NCBI GenBank assembly: GCA_045638945.1
Contig: JAZUCF010000018.1
Coordinates: 1,954-65,953 of the forward strand
Length of the DNA stretch: 64,000 nucleotides
Source: Clostridia bacterium
GTDB lineage: Bacteria > Bacillota > Clostridia > UMGS1883
Direction of reading: 5' to 3'
In this document: positions 1 to 7,764 of the stretch, in pieces
Position numbering within the stretch: position 1 is the first letter of the stretch
Layout of the letters: every line of letters begins with the position of its first letter
Notes under the pieces: model-generated
What the model was told of the DNA's origin: nothing
Database searches by the model: none
Seen by the model: only the letters and a program-made list of their open reading frames with translations
Translations under genes and position numbers: made by a program

Positions 1-1356
1 TATTTCGCTGTAGTGTGTTGTTGCCGCTACCTTTGCTCCGATGGAGCGTGCCCTTTCAAGAATGGAAACGGCAAGTGCCGCACCCTCCGTGGGGTCTGTT
101 CCCGAACAAAGCTCGTCGAAAAGAATCAGCGAATTATAGTTTGCATTATCAAGAATCCTGATAATATTGGTCATATGTGCGGAAAAGGTACTTAGCGACT
201 GTTCTATTGACTGCTCGTCGCCAATATCGGCAAACACGCTTTCAAACACTGCTATTTGGCTTCCCCCTGACGCAGGTATGCAAAGTCCCGACTGTGCCAT
301 AAGGGTAAACAGACCTAATGTTTTGATAGAAACGGTCTTGCCGCCTGTATTTGGACCTGTGATTACAAGGGTATCAAAATCCTTTCCCAGATATATATCC
401 GTGGGAACTACCTTTTTTTCGTCGATTAATGGGTGTCTGCCCTTCTTTATATCTATAATTCCGTCAGTATTAAGCTCGGGAACAGAGGCATTCATTTTAC
501 GTGACAGCTTGCCTTTTGCAAAAGTAAAATCAAGCTCAATTATAGCATTGTAATTTTGAATAAGCGGCTCGGTAAATTCTGCCACTTTTTCCGAAAGCTC
601 CCTTAAAATACGCTCAATTTCATCTTTTTCTTCGCTTTTAAGCTCACGAAGCTTATTATTTATTTCCACTGCCGCCATAGGCTCCACAAAAAGAGTTGCC
701 CCGCTTGCAGAGCTGTCGTGAACAACACCAGGAACCTGCCCCTTGTGCTCACTTTTAACAGGGATTACATAGCGGTCTCCCCTCATTGACACAATAGGCT
801 CCTGCAAAAGGTTTGAGTAGGAGGGGGAATGCACCATATTATTAAGCACTTCACGGATTTTGGAATGGAGAGAACGCATTTTTCTGCGTATGGAAAGAAG
901 CTCGCCTGATGCATCGTCCGCCATTTCTTCCTCGCTCATTATAGCGGAAAAAATCGCGTTTTCCAGCTTCCTGTTTTCGCTGACAGAGGAGAAAAGCTCC
1001 CAAAGGGCAGCATAATTTTCGCTAAATCCGTCCTCGTCACAGTAGCTTACAAGTCCGCGGGACATTCTCAAAACATGCCCGATTCCCAGAAGCTCCCCCA
1101 TTGAAAGAGTGCCGCCTGCCGCCGCCCTTTTTGCACTTCCCGAAATATTCCTCACGGGGCTTATGGGTGGTGTACCTTTTTTTATAATAAGGCTTTCTGC
1201 CTGGCTTGTAAGGGTGAGAAGCTCCCTTGCCCTATATATATTCGTTTCAGGAATGAGTGCTCCCAGACGCTCACGCGCCTCGGTGCATACTGCCTGTGAT
1301 TTAAGCATTTCCTTTATTGTATTAAATTCAAGAACACGCAGTGTACGTTCTTCCAT
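1..1356 (-). CDS. mutS2: Endonuclease MutS2 (5' part; runs off the window start)
   Basis: Read manually, not in the ORF track: starts MEERTLRVLEFNTIKEML, contains DELCSGTDP and VAATTHYSE motifs; no stop before base 1. Confidence 0.93.
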   Translation of the reverse strand, partial: MEERTLRVLEFNTIKEMLKSQAVCTEARERLGALIPETNIYRARELLTLTSQAESLIIKKGTPPISPVRNISGSAKRAAAGGTLSMGELLGIGHVLRMSRGLVSYCDEDGFSENYAALWELFSSVSENRKLENAIFSAIMSEEEMADDASGELLSIRRKMRSLHSKIREVLNNMVHSPSYSNLLQEPIVSMRGDRYVIPVKSEHKGQVPGVVHDSSASGATLFVEPMAAVEINNKLRELKSEEKDEIERILRELSEKVAEFTEPLIQNYNAIIELDFTFAKGKLSRKMNASVPELNTDGIIDIKKGRHPLIDEKKVVPTDIYLGKDFDTLVITGPNTGGKTVSIKTLGLFTLMAQSGLCIPASGGSQIAVFESVFADIGDEQSIEQSLSTFSAHMTNIIRILDNANYNSLILFDELCSGTDPTEGAALAVSILERARSIGAKVAATTHYSEI

Positions 1357-1370
1357 AGGGATATCAGTCC

Positions 1371-1436
1371 TTTTCTGTTTGGGGACGAGGCAGTTCTTTT
1401 TGCACCTGTGGATTACAAAAACTGCCTCGTCCCCTT
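1371..1436 (-). repeat. Intergenic palindromic repeat, family B copy 1
   Basis: GGGGACGAGGCAGTT...AACTGCCTCGTCCCC inverted repeat; its reverse complement aligns with 18779-18880. Confidence 0.8.
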
Positions 1437-1468
1437 AGATGCTCTCATTTGGTTTTGCTGTATATTTA

Positions 1469-2692
1469 TCAAAGCTTAATATGAGTAGGCAGTCCGTTTA
1501 CCATAAGCTGAGAAAGCTCTCCCTCGATAAGGGGACGGGCATACTCAATAAATTCCTCTGTCACATTGTCACCGTTTTCATTAATCATACTGCGCGGAAC
1601 CTCTTTTGCAAGGTTTGCAATTTCCCTTACATCAGCAGTATCGGTTACGCAGATATAGGGGTCATTGGAAATTCTCCTGAGAAGTGCCATTTTTCCGCTT
1701 TCACCCTCTGCCGCTGCTTTAACTGCTGCCTCGCCTACCTTAAAGGATTCGGAAATATCCGTAGCAGATGCAATGTGAGATGCACAACGCTGAAGCGTGG
1801 AAAGCTCTACCGCACGGGTTTTGATGCCTAAATCCTTTTTCAGCATTGCCGCAATTGCCGCCGCAGTACCGGTAAGCATTGTATGACCGAAAGCATCTGT
1901 TCCCTTTTCGCTTACAAGCTCGCAAACGTACTTTCCTTCCTTTGTCCTTACGCCCTCGGAAACGGTGATTACAAGGGACTTGCTCTCCTCCATAAGCTCT
2001 GCCACGCGGTTTTTCACATATTCATAATCAAAAGGAACCTCGGGAAGAAGAATCATAGCCGCACCCTCGCAGTCGTCACCCTTTGCAAGAGCACTTGCCG
2101 CAGTAAGCCAGCCTGCATCTCTGCCCATGATTTCCACAACAGTCACACTCTTAAGGTCGTAAACAAGGCTGTCACGCACAAGCTCCTTTGTAACTGTGGC
2201 AACAAATTTTGCCGCACTGCCAAAGCCGGGGGTGTGGTCGGTTGCTACAAGGTCGTTATCAATGGTTTTGGGAACGCCCATAAACTTGATGTCCGTCTTT
2301 TTAAATTCATTGTATATGCTGAGCTTTTTCACGGTGTCCATGGAATCATTTCCGCCGATATAGAAAAAGCCCTTGATGTTATACTTTTCAAAAACCTCAA
2401 AAAGCTTCTCGTAAATTTCATTTCCTTCTATAGGTTCGGGAAGCTTAAAACGGCATGAGCCGAGATAGGAAGAGGGTGTTCTCTTCAAAAGCTCAACATC
2501 ATGGTCAGAGGCAAGCTTTTGGGTCATATCCACGAAGTTTTCAGCCAAAAGCCCCTCAACTCCGCCAAGCATTCCGTAAACCTTGCCCTCGCAAAGCTTT
2601 TTCCCTGCGGAAAAAACACCTGCCAATGTAGCATTAATGGCAGCCGTGGGGCCACCCGATTGTCCGATTATAATATTTCCTTTAATTTTCAT
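1469..2692 (-). CDS. pfp: 6-phosphofructokinase, probably PPi-dependent
   Basis: GQSGGPT, GGNDS (Asp at the donor-specificity position), PKTIDND, MGR; start trimmed to MKIKGN after an AAGGGAG RBS. Confidence 0.85.
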   Translation of the reverse strand: MKIKGNIIIGQSGGPTAAINATLAGVFSAGKKLCEGKVYGMLGGVEGLLAENFVDMTQKLASDHDVELLKRTPSSYLGSCRFKLPEPIEGNEIYEKLFEVFEKYNIKGFFYIGGNDSMDTVKKLSIYNEFKKTDIKFMGVPKTIDNDLVATDHTPGFGSAAKFVATVTKELVRDSLVYDLKSVTVVEIMGRDAGWLTAASALAKGDDCEGAAMILLPEVPFDYEYVKNRVAELMEESKSLVITVSEGVRTKEGKYVCELVSEKGTDAFGHTMLTGTAAAIAAMLKKDLGIKTRAVELSTLQRCASHIASATDISESFKVGEAAVKAAAEGESGKMALLRRISNDPYICVTDTADVREIANLAKEVPRSMINENGDNVTEEFIEYARPLIEGELSQLMVNGLPTHIKL

Positions 2693-2719
2693 GATTATGC
2701 TCTCCCTTTTCAATTAAAC

Positions 2720-2740
2720 TTTTGCGGTCGGTGCTGCTTT
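2720..2740 (-). repeat. Solo 21-bp terminal motif of repeat family A
   Basis: Reverse complement AAAGCAGCACCGACCGCAAAA is identical to 6759-6779 and 7000-7020. Confidence 0.8.
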
Positions 2741-3673
2741 TCAGCCCTCCGACTTGTTTTTGTATAACAACGCTGCGCCAATAAGCCCCGCATCTCCGCC
2801 TATTCGTGATGCCATAACCTCAGTTCTTCTAAGCTTACCCACATTAAAGCTGTGCTTTTTCACATATTCTCTGATTGGCTCCATAATAACGTCGCCCTCT
2901 TTTGAAATAGCACCACCCACAACAAGCTCATCAGGCTGAAAAATATTTATCATATCCGTAATGCCGATTGCTACTTCCTCTATCCACATATTGCGGACAC
3001 GCTCTGCATCTTTGTCGCCTTTTTTTGCAAGCTCAAACACAGTTCTTCCGGAAATTCTGTCGCCCGGCTTGATGCCCTTAATCTCATCTCTATGCTCCTC
3101 GGTGGTTTTAATAAGCCCGGTTACGGAAGCATATGCCTCCCAGCAACCCTCTCTTCCGCAGCCGCATTTTCTTCCGCCTGCATGGATTACCACGTGTCCA
3201 AGCTCTCCTGCCGCACCGTTTGTCCCCGTGAAAAGCTTTCCGTCTATTACAACACCGCCGCCAACGCCTGTTCCTAATGTAATAAATACAAAGTTCTTTG
3301 CATTATCTGCCTTGTAGTATTCGCCCAATGCGGCACTGTTTGCATCATTTTCCACAAGCACGGGAACATCCTTTAAGTTTTTCTGCAAATAATCCCTTAC
3401 GGGGGCGTTTATGTAGGGAATATTTGGAGAACTGACCAAAAGCCCCTTGTCGCGGTCTACAACACCGGGCGCCCCGACACCGATTGCTTCAATTTCGTCT
3501 GCTCCAATCTTTGCCTCTTTAATTGCTCCCTGTACACTTTCGAGCATTGCTTTGCAGAAATTCTCGTTATTATCAAGAGGGGTGGGAACTGCACATTTTG
3601 CAACAATATCACCTGTGTGAGTCACCACACCTGCTTTTATGCTCATTCCGCCTACGTCTATACCGATATACAT
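2741..3673 (-). CDS. glcK: ROK family glucokinase
   Basis: GIDVGG, ENDAN, TLGTGVGGG, GELGH, CxCGxxGCxE zinc motif. Confidence 0.88.
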   Translation of the reverse strand: MYIGIDVGGMSIKAGVVTHTGDIVAKCAVPTPLDNNENFCKAMLESVQGAIKEAKIGADEIEAIGVGAPGVVDRDKGLLVSSPNIPYINAPVRDYLQKNLKDVPVLVENDANSAALGEYYKADNAKNFVFITLGTGVGGGVVIDGKLFTGTNGAAGELGHVVIHAGGRKCGCGREGCWEAYASVTGLIKTTEEHRDEIKGIKPGDRISGRTVFELAKKGDKDAERVRNMWIEEVAIGITDMINIFQPDELVVGGAISKEGDVIMEPIREYVKKHSFNVGKLRRTEVMASRIGGDAGLIGAALLYKNKSEG

Positions 3674-3788
3674 TTGATTTTCTCCTTTGTTAAGTAATAC
3701 AGCTATATTTTATTATATTTGGTTAAATGTGTCAATAGGTAGCACAGGGATTTACATTCTCAATATCAGGATTTTGAAATATTTTTGC

Positions 3789-3817
3789 TTGACAAAGAAA
3801 ACAATACGTGGTAATAT
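3789..3817 (+). promoter_or_regulatory. SigA promoter of the thrR-hom-lysC operon
   Basis: TTGACA-17 bp-TAATAT with an extended TG. Confidence 0.7.
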
Positions 3818-3850
3818 ATCAAAAGACAAATGTACACAGGTGGTGGACAC

Positions 3851-4285
3851 ATGGAGCAAAAAAAGCTTGTAATCGCCGATTTATCGGTGCTTCCCCCTGT
3901 TTATCACAAGATTTTAAAGGTTAAAGAGCTTTTGGAATCGGGCGAGGCAGAGACGGTAAACGAAGCGGCAGATATGGCAGAAGTGTCAAGAAGTGCGTAT
4001 TATAAATATAAGGACTACGTTTTCCCTTTCAACCAGATGCAGGGAATTTTAACGCTCCTTATAGCAGTAATTGACCTCACGGGCGTGCTCAGCGATATGT
4101 TATCATTTATGAGTGACGCGGGCTGCAATATTTTAACAATTAATCAGAATGTTCCCATTAACGGTGTTGCAAATATAACCGTTACCGTTCAGACGGAAAA
4201 TATGCGCCTTAGTACCGACCGCCTTATTTCAGGACTTCAGATGGTACGCGGCGTGCGGAAGGTAAATATACTTGCTAAGCAATAA
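3851..4285 (+). CDS. thrR: HTH + ACT domain regulator (ThrR/PheB family)
   Basis: N-terminal HTH (SRSAYYKYKD), C-terminal ACT (NILTINQNVP); first gene before hom. Confidence 0.8.
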   Translation: MEQKKLVIADLSVLPPVYHKILKVKELLESGEAETVNEAADMAEVSRSAYYKYKDYVFPFNQMQGILTLLIAVIDLTGVLSDMLSFMSDAGCNILTINQNVPINGVANITVTVQTENMRLSTDRLISGLQMVRGVRKVNILAKQ

Positions 4286-4311
4286 AAGCATTTACAAAGG
4301 AAGGTTAGCAC

Positions 4312-5514
4312 ATGAAGAAAATCGGAATTATCGGCTTCGGAGTTGTTGGCTCTGGAGTATATGAGATAATAAGAAAAAATAAAGATATTCTCTCAAAAAA
4401 CGCAGGGGAGGAAATCGATGTTAAGAAAATTCTTGACATCCGTGATTTTTCAGCCCATGAGGAGGCACATCTTTTCACAAAGGATTTCAATGACCTTGCA
4501 GGAGATTGTGAGATAGATATTGTTGTAGAAACAATGGGCGGTATAAAATTCGCCTATGAATACACAAAGGCACTTCTTTCTGCGGGAAAGAGCATTGTTA
4601 CAAGCAACAAGGAGCTTGTTGCCGCACACGGCGATGAATTTTTCCGCATTGCAAAGGAGAAGAATGTACGCTATCTTTACGAGGCAAGCGTAGGCGGAGG
4701 TATTCCCATTATCCGCCCCTTAGCAAACGATGTGGCAGCAAATGATATATACGAGGTTTCGGGTATTCTTAACGGAACCACAAACTATATTCTGACAAAG
4801 ATGTTTAAGGAAAACGAGTCCTTCGAGGGTGCACTTAAAACGGCACAGGAGCTGGGCTATGCGGAAAAAGACCCCACGGCAGATGTGGACGGATTTGATG
4901 CATGCAGAAAAATTTCCATTCTTATGTCACTTGTTACGGGAAAAAAGATTCCTTCCGAAATGGTACACACGGCAGGTATCCGTACAATAAGTGCAGAAGA
5001 CGTGACATATGCGGCGGCAATCGGCTGTACAATCAAGCTGATTGGATGCGGATTTACAAAAGACGGCAAGGTTAACGCCTCCGTTGAGCCGATGCTTATC
5101 CCCGAAAGCTGTCCCCTTTCAACCGTTGAGAACGTTTTCAACAGCGTTATGGTAAAGGGAAATATGGTGGATACCCTTATGTTCTACGGAAGAGGGGCTG
5201 GCAAGCTCCCCACAGCCAGTGCAGTAATGGGCGATGTGGTGGATATTGTCAGAAGCGGAGAATATAACCCCTATTTCACATGGGAGGAAAGCGACAGAGA
5301 GAGCTTTATCCCCTATGAAGATATAGAGGCTAAATTCTTTATACGTATAGACGAAAGTCAGATTGCCATAGCAAAAGAGGTTTTCGGTGACAGAGAATTT
5401 ATAAAAGGCGTTAATGATTACGGCTTTGTAACCGATGAGATAAAGATAGGAAAGCTTGCTGCGGATATTGAAAAAATCGGCGGGGCTATAAACAAAATAA
5501 GGCTTTATAAATAA
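4312..5514 (+). CDS. hom: Homoserine dehydrogenase
   Basis: GFGVVG, TSNKE, YEASVGGGIP, NGTTNYIL, GRGAG. Confidence 0.95.
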   Translation: MKKIGIIGFGVVGSGVYEIIRKNKDILSKNAGEEIDVKKILDIRDFSAHEEAHLFTKDFNDLAGDCEIDIVVETMGGIKFAYEYTKALLSAGKSIVTSNKELVAAHGDEFFRIAKEKNVRYLYEASVGGGIPIIRPLANDVAANDIYEVSGILNGTTNYILTKMFKENESFEGALKTAQELGYAEKDPTADVDGFDACRKISILMSLVTGKKIPSEMVHTAGIRTISAEDVTYAAAIGCTIKLIGCGFTKDGKVNASVEPMLIPESCPLSTVENVFNSVMVKGNMVDTLMFYGRGAGKLPTASAVMGDVVDIVRSGEYNPYFTWEESDRESFIPYEDIEAKFFIRIDESQIAIAKEVFGDREFIKGVNDYGFVTDEIKIGKLAADIEKIGGAINKIRLYK

Positions 5515-5533
5515 TCCCAAGGAGGTAATTATA

Positions 5534-6745
5534 GTGGGTTTAATAGTACAGAAATTCGGCGGCAGCAGTGTTGCCAATGCGGAAAGAGTTTTCCGCGTAG
5601 CAAGCCGTATTGTGGAAACTTACGACGAGGGTAACGACGTTGTGGTAGTTGTTTCCGCACAGGGCGATACTACGGATGATTTGCTTGAAAAAGCGGCAGA
5701 AATCAACAAAAACGCGTCAAAAAGAGAAATGGACGTTCTTCTCTCGGCAGGAGAGCAGATTTCAATGTCACTTCTTGCAATGGCTATTGAGAAGCTGGGA
5801 AGACCCGTTGTTTCCCTTACAGGCTGGCAGGCAGGTGTAAATACCAGCAGCAATTATTCAAAGGCGCGCATTAAGCGTATTGTCGGCGAGAGAATTCATC
5901 TGGAGCTTGACAAAAAGAAAATTGTTATCGTGGCAGGCTTCCAGGGCATTAATAAGTTTGATGATATCACAACTCTCGGACGAGGCGGCTCAGATACTTC
6001 GGCAGTTGCTCTTGCGGCGGCTCTGGGGGCTGACCTTTGTCAGATATTCACAGACGTAACAGGCGTGTATACAACCGACCCCAGAATCGTGCCTGAAGCT
6101 AAAAAGCTTAATGAAATTACTTACGACGAAATGCTGGAGCTGGCAAGTGCAGGTGCAAATGTGCTTCATAACAGAAGCGTGGAGCTTGCAAAGAAATTTA
6201 ATGTAAATATGGAAGTGCTGTCAAGCTTTGAAAAAGTTCCCGGCACTATTGTTAAGGAGGAAAACACAGTGGAAAAGATGTTAATCAGAGGTATTGCCCG
6301 TGATAATGATGTTGCAAGAATTGCTCTTGTAAATATTGATGATAAGCCCGGAAAGGCTTTCCAGATATTCTCACTTTTAGCAAAGAAAAAGGTGAATGTT
6401 GATATTATTCTCCAGTCAATCGGCCGTGATGGAAGTAAGGATATCAGCTTCACTGTAAGTGCAGGCGACCTTGAAACAGCGCTTAACGTAATTAACGAAA
6501 ACAACTCCATCATCTGTGCAGAAAAGGTTATTCATGATGAAAACGTATCAAAGGTTTCCGTTGTAGGTGCAGGTATGACATCAAATCCCGGTGTTGCTGC
6601 AACAATGTTTGAAGCTCTTTACGATGCAGGAATCAACATTCAGATGATTTCCACAAGCGAAATCCGTGTAAGCGTTCTTATTGACAGAAAAGATGCGGAA
6701 AACGCAGTGAAGGCGATACACAGTAAATTCAACCTTGCTGACTAA
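5534..6745 (+). CDS. lysC: Aspartate kinase (alpha subunit)
   Basis: VQKFGGSS, TLGRGGSDTSA, two ACT domains, ISTSEI; GTG start after GGAGG. Confidence 0.95.
   Translation: MGLIVQKFGGSSVANAERVFRVASRIVETYDEGNDVVVVVSAQGDTTDDLLEKAAEINKNASKREMDVLLSAGEQISMSLLAMAIEKLGRPVVSLTGWQAGVNTSSNYSKARIKRIVGERIHLELDKKKIVIVAGFQGINKFDDITTLGRGGSDTSAVALAAALGADLCQIFTDVTGVYTTDPRIVPEAKKLNEITYDEMLELASAGANVLHNRSVELAKKFNVNMEVLSSFEKVPGTIVKEENTVEKMLIRGIARDNDVARIALVNIDDKPGKAFQIFSLLAKKKVNVDIILQSIGRDGSKDISFTVSAGDLETALNVINENNSIICAEKVIHDENVSKVSVVGAGMTSNPGVAATMFEALYDAGINIQMISTSEIRVSVLIDRKDAENAVKAIHSKFNLAD
6269..6745 (+). CDS. Probable in-frame aspartate kinase beta subunit
   Basis: AAGGAGG at 6254-6260, 8 nt before an in-frame GTG at codon 246. 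Confidence 0.7.
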   Translation: MEKMLIRGIARDNDVARIALVNIDDKPGKAFQIFSLLAKKKVNVDIILQSIGRDGSKDISFTVSAGDLETALNVINENNSIICAEKVIHDENVSKVSVVGAGMTSNPGVAATMFEALYDAGINIQMISTSEIRVSVLIDRKDAENAVKAIHSKFNLAD

Positions 6746-6758
6746 TACGGAATGTGAT

Positions 6759-7020
6759 AAAGCAGCACCGACCGCAAAACGCGAGGGGTGCTATATGGGG
6801 AGGCGCTTTTCTTTGGTTGTTTAACAAAGAGGCTTTTCTTGATTAATGTAGAACTTCGCTCAGGCGAAGTTCTATTTTTATGCGTTTTGCTATCCGCGAA
6901 CTTCACCCTCGACGTACCCTCGTACGCCTTCGGGCAAGCCCTAATGGGTTCAGTTCGTGAATTCTGCACTACTTTCTCCCATTCCTCAATGCGTGCGGCA
7001 AAGCAGCACCGACCGCAAAA
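6759..7020 (-). repeat. Structured intergenic repeat, family A copy 1, bounded by a 21-bp direct repeat
   Basis: 87-nt core 6884-6970 is near-identical to 16610-16696 and to the reverse complement of 46124-46210. Confidence 0.9.
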
Positions 7021-7042
7021 AAATGTAGTTTTTACTTATAAT

Positions 7043-7078
7043 TACGCATATGCGTATACGCAGAAACGTAAAAACGCA
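7043..7078. promoter_or_regulatory. Putative operator of XRE gene 1
   Basis: Overlapping perfect palindromes TACGCATATGCGTA (7043-7056) and TGCGTATACGCA (7051-7062), plus further half-sites. Confidence 0.55.
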
Positions 7079-7103
7079 TACAATATCCATGAGGTGAAGC
7101 AAA

Positions 7104-7346
7104 ATGGATATAAAAGATGCTATTGTAGCACGATTTATGGAGCTATGCACTGAAAAGGGAATTAAAATAAATGAGCTTGCAACCTTGTCGGGTGTTACTC
7201 CGTCTACGGCATATAGTATGATGGATAAATCACGCCGAGATATTTCGATACGAACAATTAAGAAATTCTGCGATGGTCTGGAAATTACGTTAGGAGAGTT
7301 CTTTTCAACCGGTGAATTTGATAATCTTGAGCAGGAGATAAAATAA
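7104..7346 (+). CDS. XRE/Cro-family HTH regulator 1
   Basis: 80 aa; INELATLSGVTPST HTH; GAGGTG RBS. Confidence 0.9.
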   Translation: MDIKDAIVARFMELCTEKGIKINELATLSGVTPSTAYSMMDKSRRDISIRTIKKFCDGLEITLGEFFSTGEFDNLEQEIK

Positions 7347-7391
7347 GTAGTATGTTAGTAAGACCCGTTTTGTTAATGTCGGTTCTTTTTG
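7317..7391 (+). repeat. 75-bp direct repeat copy 1 (XRE 3' end + comEC 5' end)
   Basis: 74/75 identical to 7735-7809. Confidence 0.95.
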
Positions 7392-7430
7392 TGGCGAGGG
7401 TATATTTCGCTGTGAAAAGAACCGATTTTT
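7378..7430 (+). terminator. Putative intrinsic terminator after XRE gene 1
   Basis: GTCGGTTCTTTTTGTGGCGAG pairs with TTCGCTGTGAAAAGAACCGAT (several G-U pairs), followed by a T-run. Confidence 0.6.
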
Positions 7431-7446
7431 CGTGCTTTGTCCAAAA

Positions 7447-7516
7447 TTAACTCTAAAGAGGTAACTATTTTAACTCAAAAAGGGTAATGTTTTAATATAA
7501 AACTCTTTTGAGGTGA
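7447..7516. promoter_or_regulatory. Three 18-bp pseudo-palindromic operators upstream of XRE gene 2
   Basis: TTAACTC-TAAA-GAGGTAA (7447), TTAACTC-AAAA-AGGGTAA (7470), AAAACTC-TTTT-GAGGTGA (7499, overlaps the RBS). Confidence 0.6.
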
Positions 7517-7521
7517 TGATT

Positions 7522-7764
7522 TTGAACATCGGAACAGCAGTTAAGCTAAGAATTCTCGAACTTTGTAAGGAAAAGAATGTTACTGTGAATAAGCTTGCAA
7601 CCATATGCGGAATAACGCAATCAACGCTGAGCAATATAGTGGGAGGCAGAAATAATTCAGCCACAATTTCTACAATAAAGAAAATTTGTGACGGATTAAA
7701 TCTTCATATAAGGGATTTTTTCTCCTCCACTCTTTTTGATAATCTTGAGCAGGAGATAAAATAA
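7522..7764 (+). CDS. XRE/Cro-family HTH regulator 2
   Basis: VNKLATICGITQSTLSNI HTH; TTG start chosen from GAGGTG spacing (ORF open from 7513). Confidence 0.9.
   Translation: MNIGTAVKLRILELCKEKNVTVNKLATICGITQSTLSNIVGGRNNSATISTIKKICDGLNLHIRDFFSSTLFDNLEQEIK

Noticed and set aside
13-1438. Plus-strand ORFs 13-195, 167-553 and 1109-1438
   Set aside because: Antisense shadows of mutS2, which the track omitted because it has no stop in the window
6884-6970. Family A core as a self-cleaving ribozyme, riboswitch or T-box
   Set aside because: No hammerhead CUGANGA/GAAA core. The TTAGGGC/GCCCTAA resemblance to a pistol pseudoknot is one sequence read on two strands. Copies sit 3' of unrelated genes and fold antisense
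6742-7153. ORFs 6742-6969(-) and 6788-7153(+), and 46173-46427(+) with a similar GTSRVKF peptide
   Set aside because: The similarity comes from the family A repeat; starts and lengths are not conserved between copies and no RBS is evident
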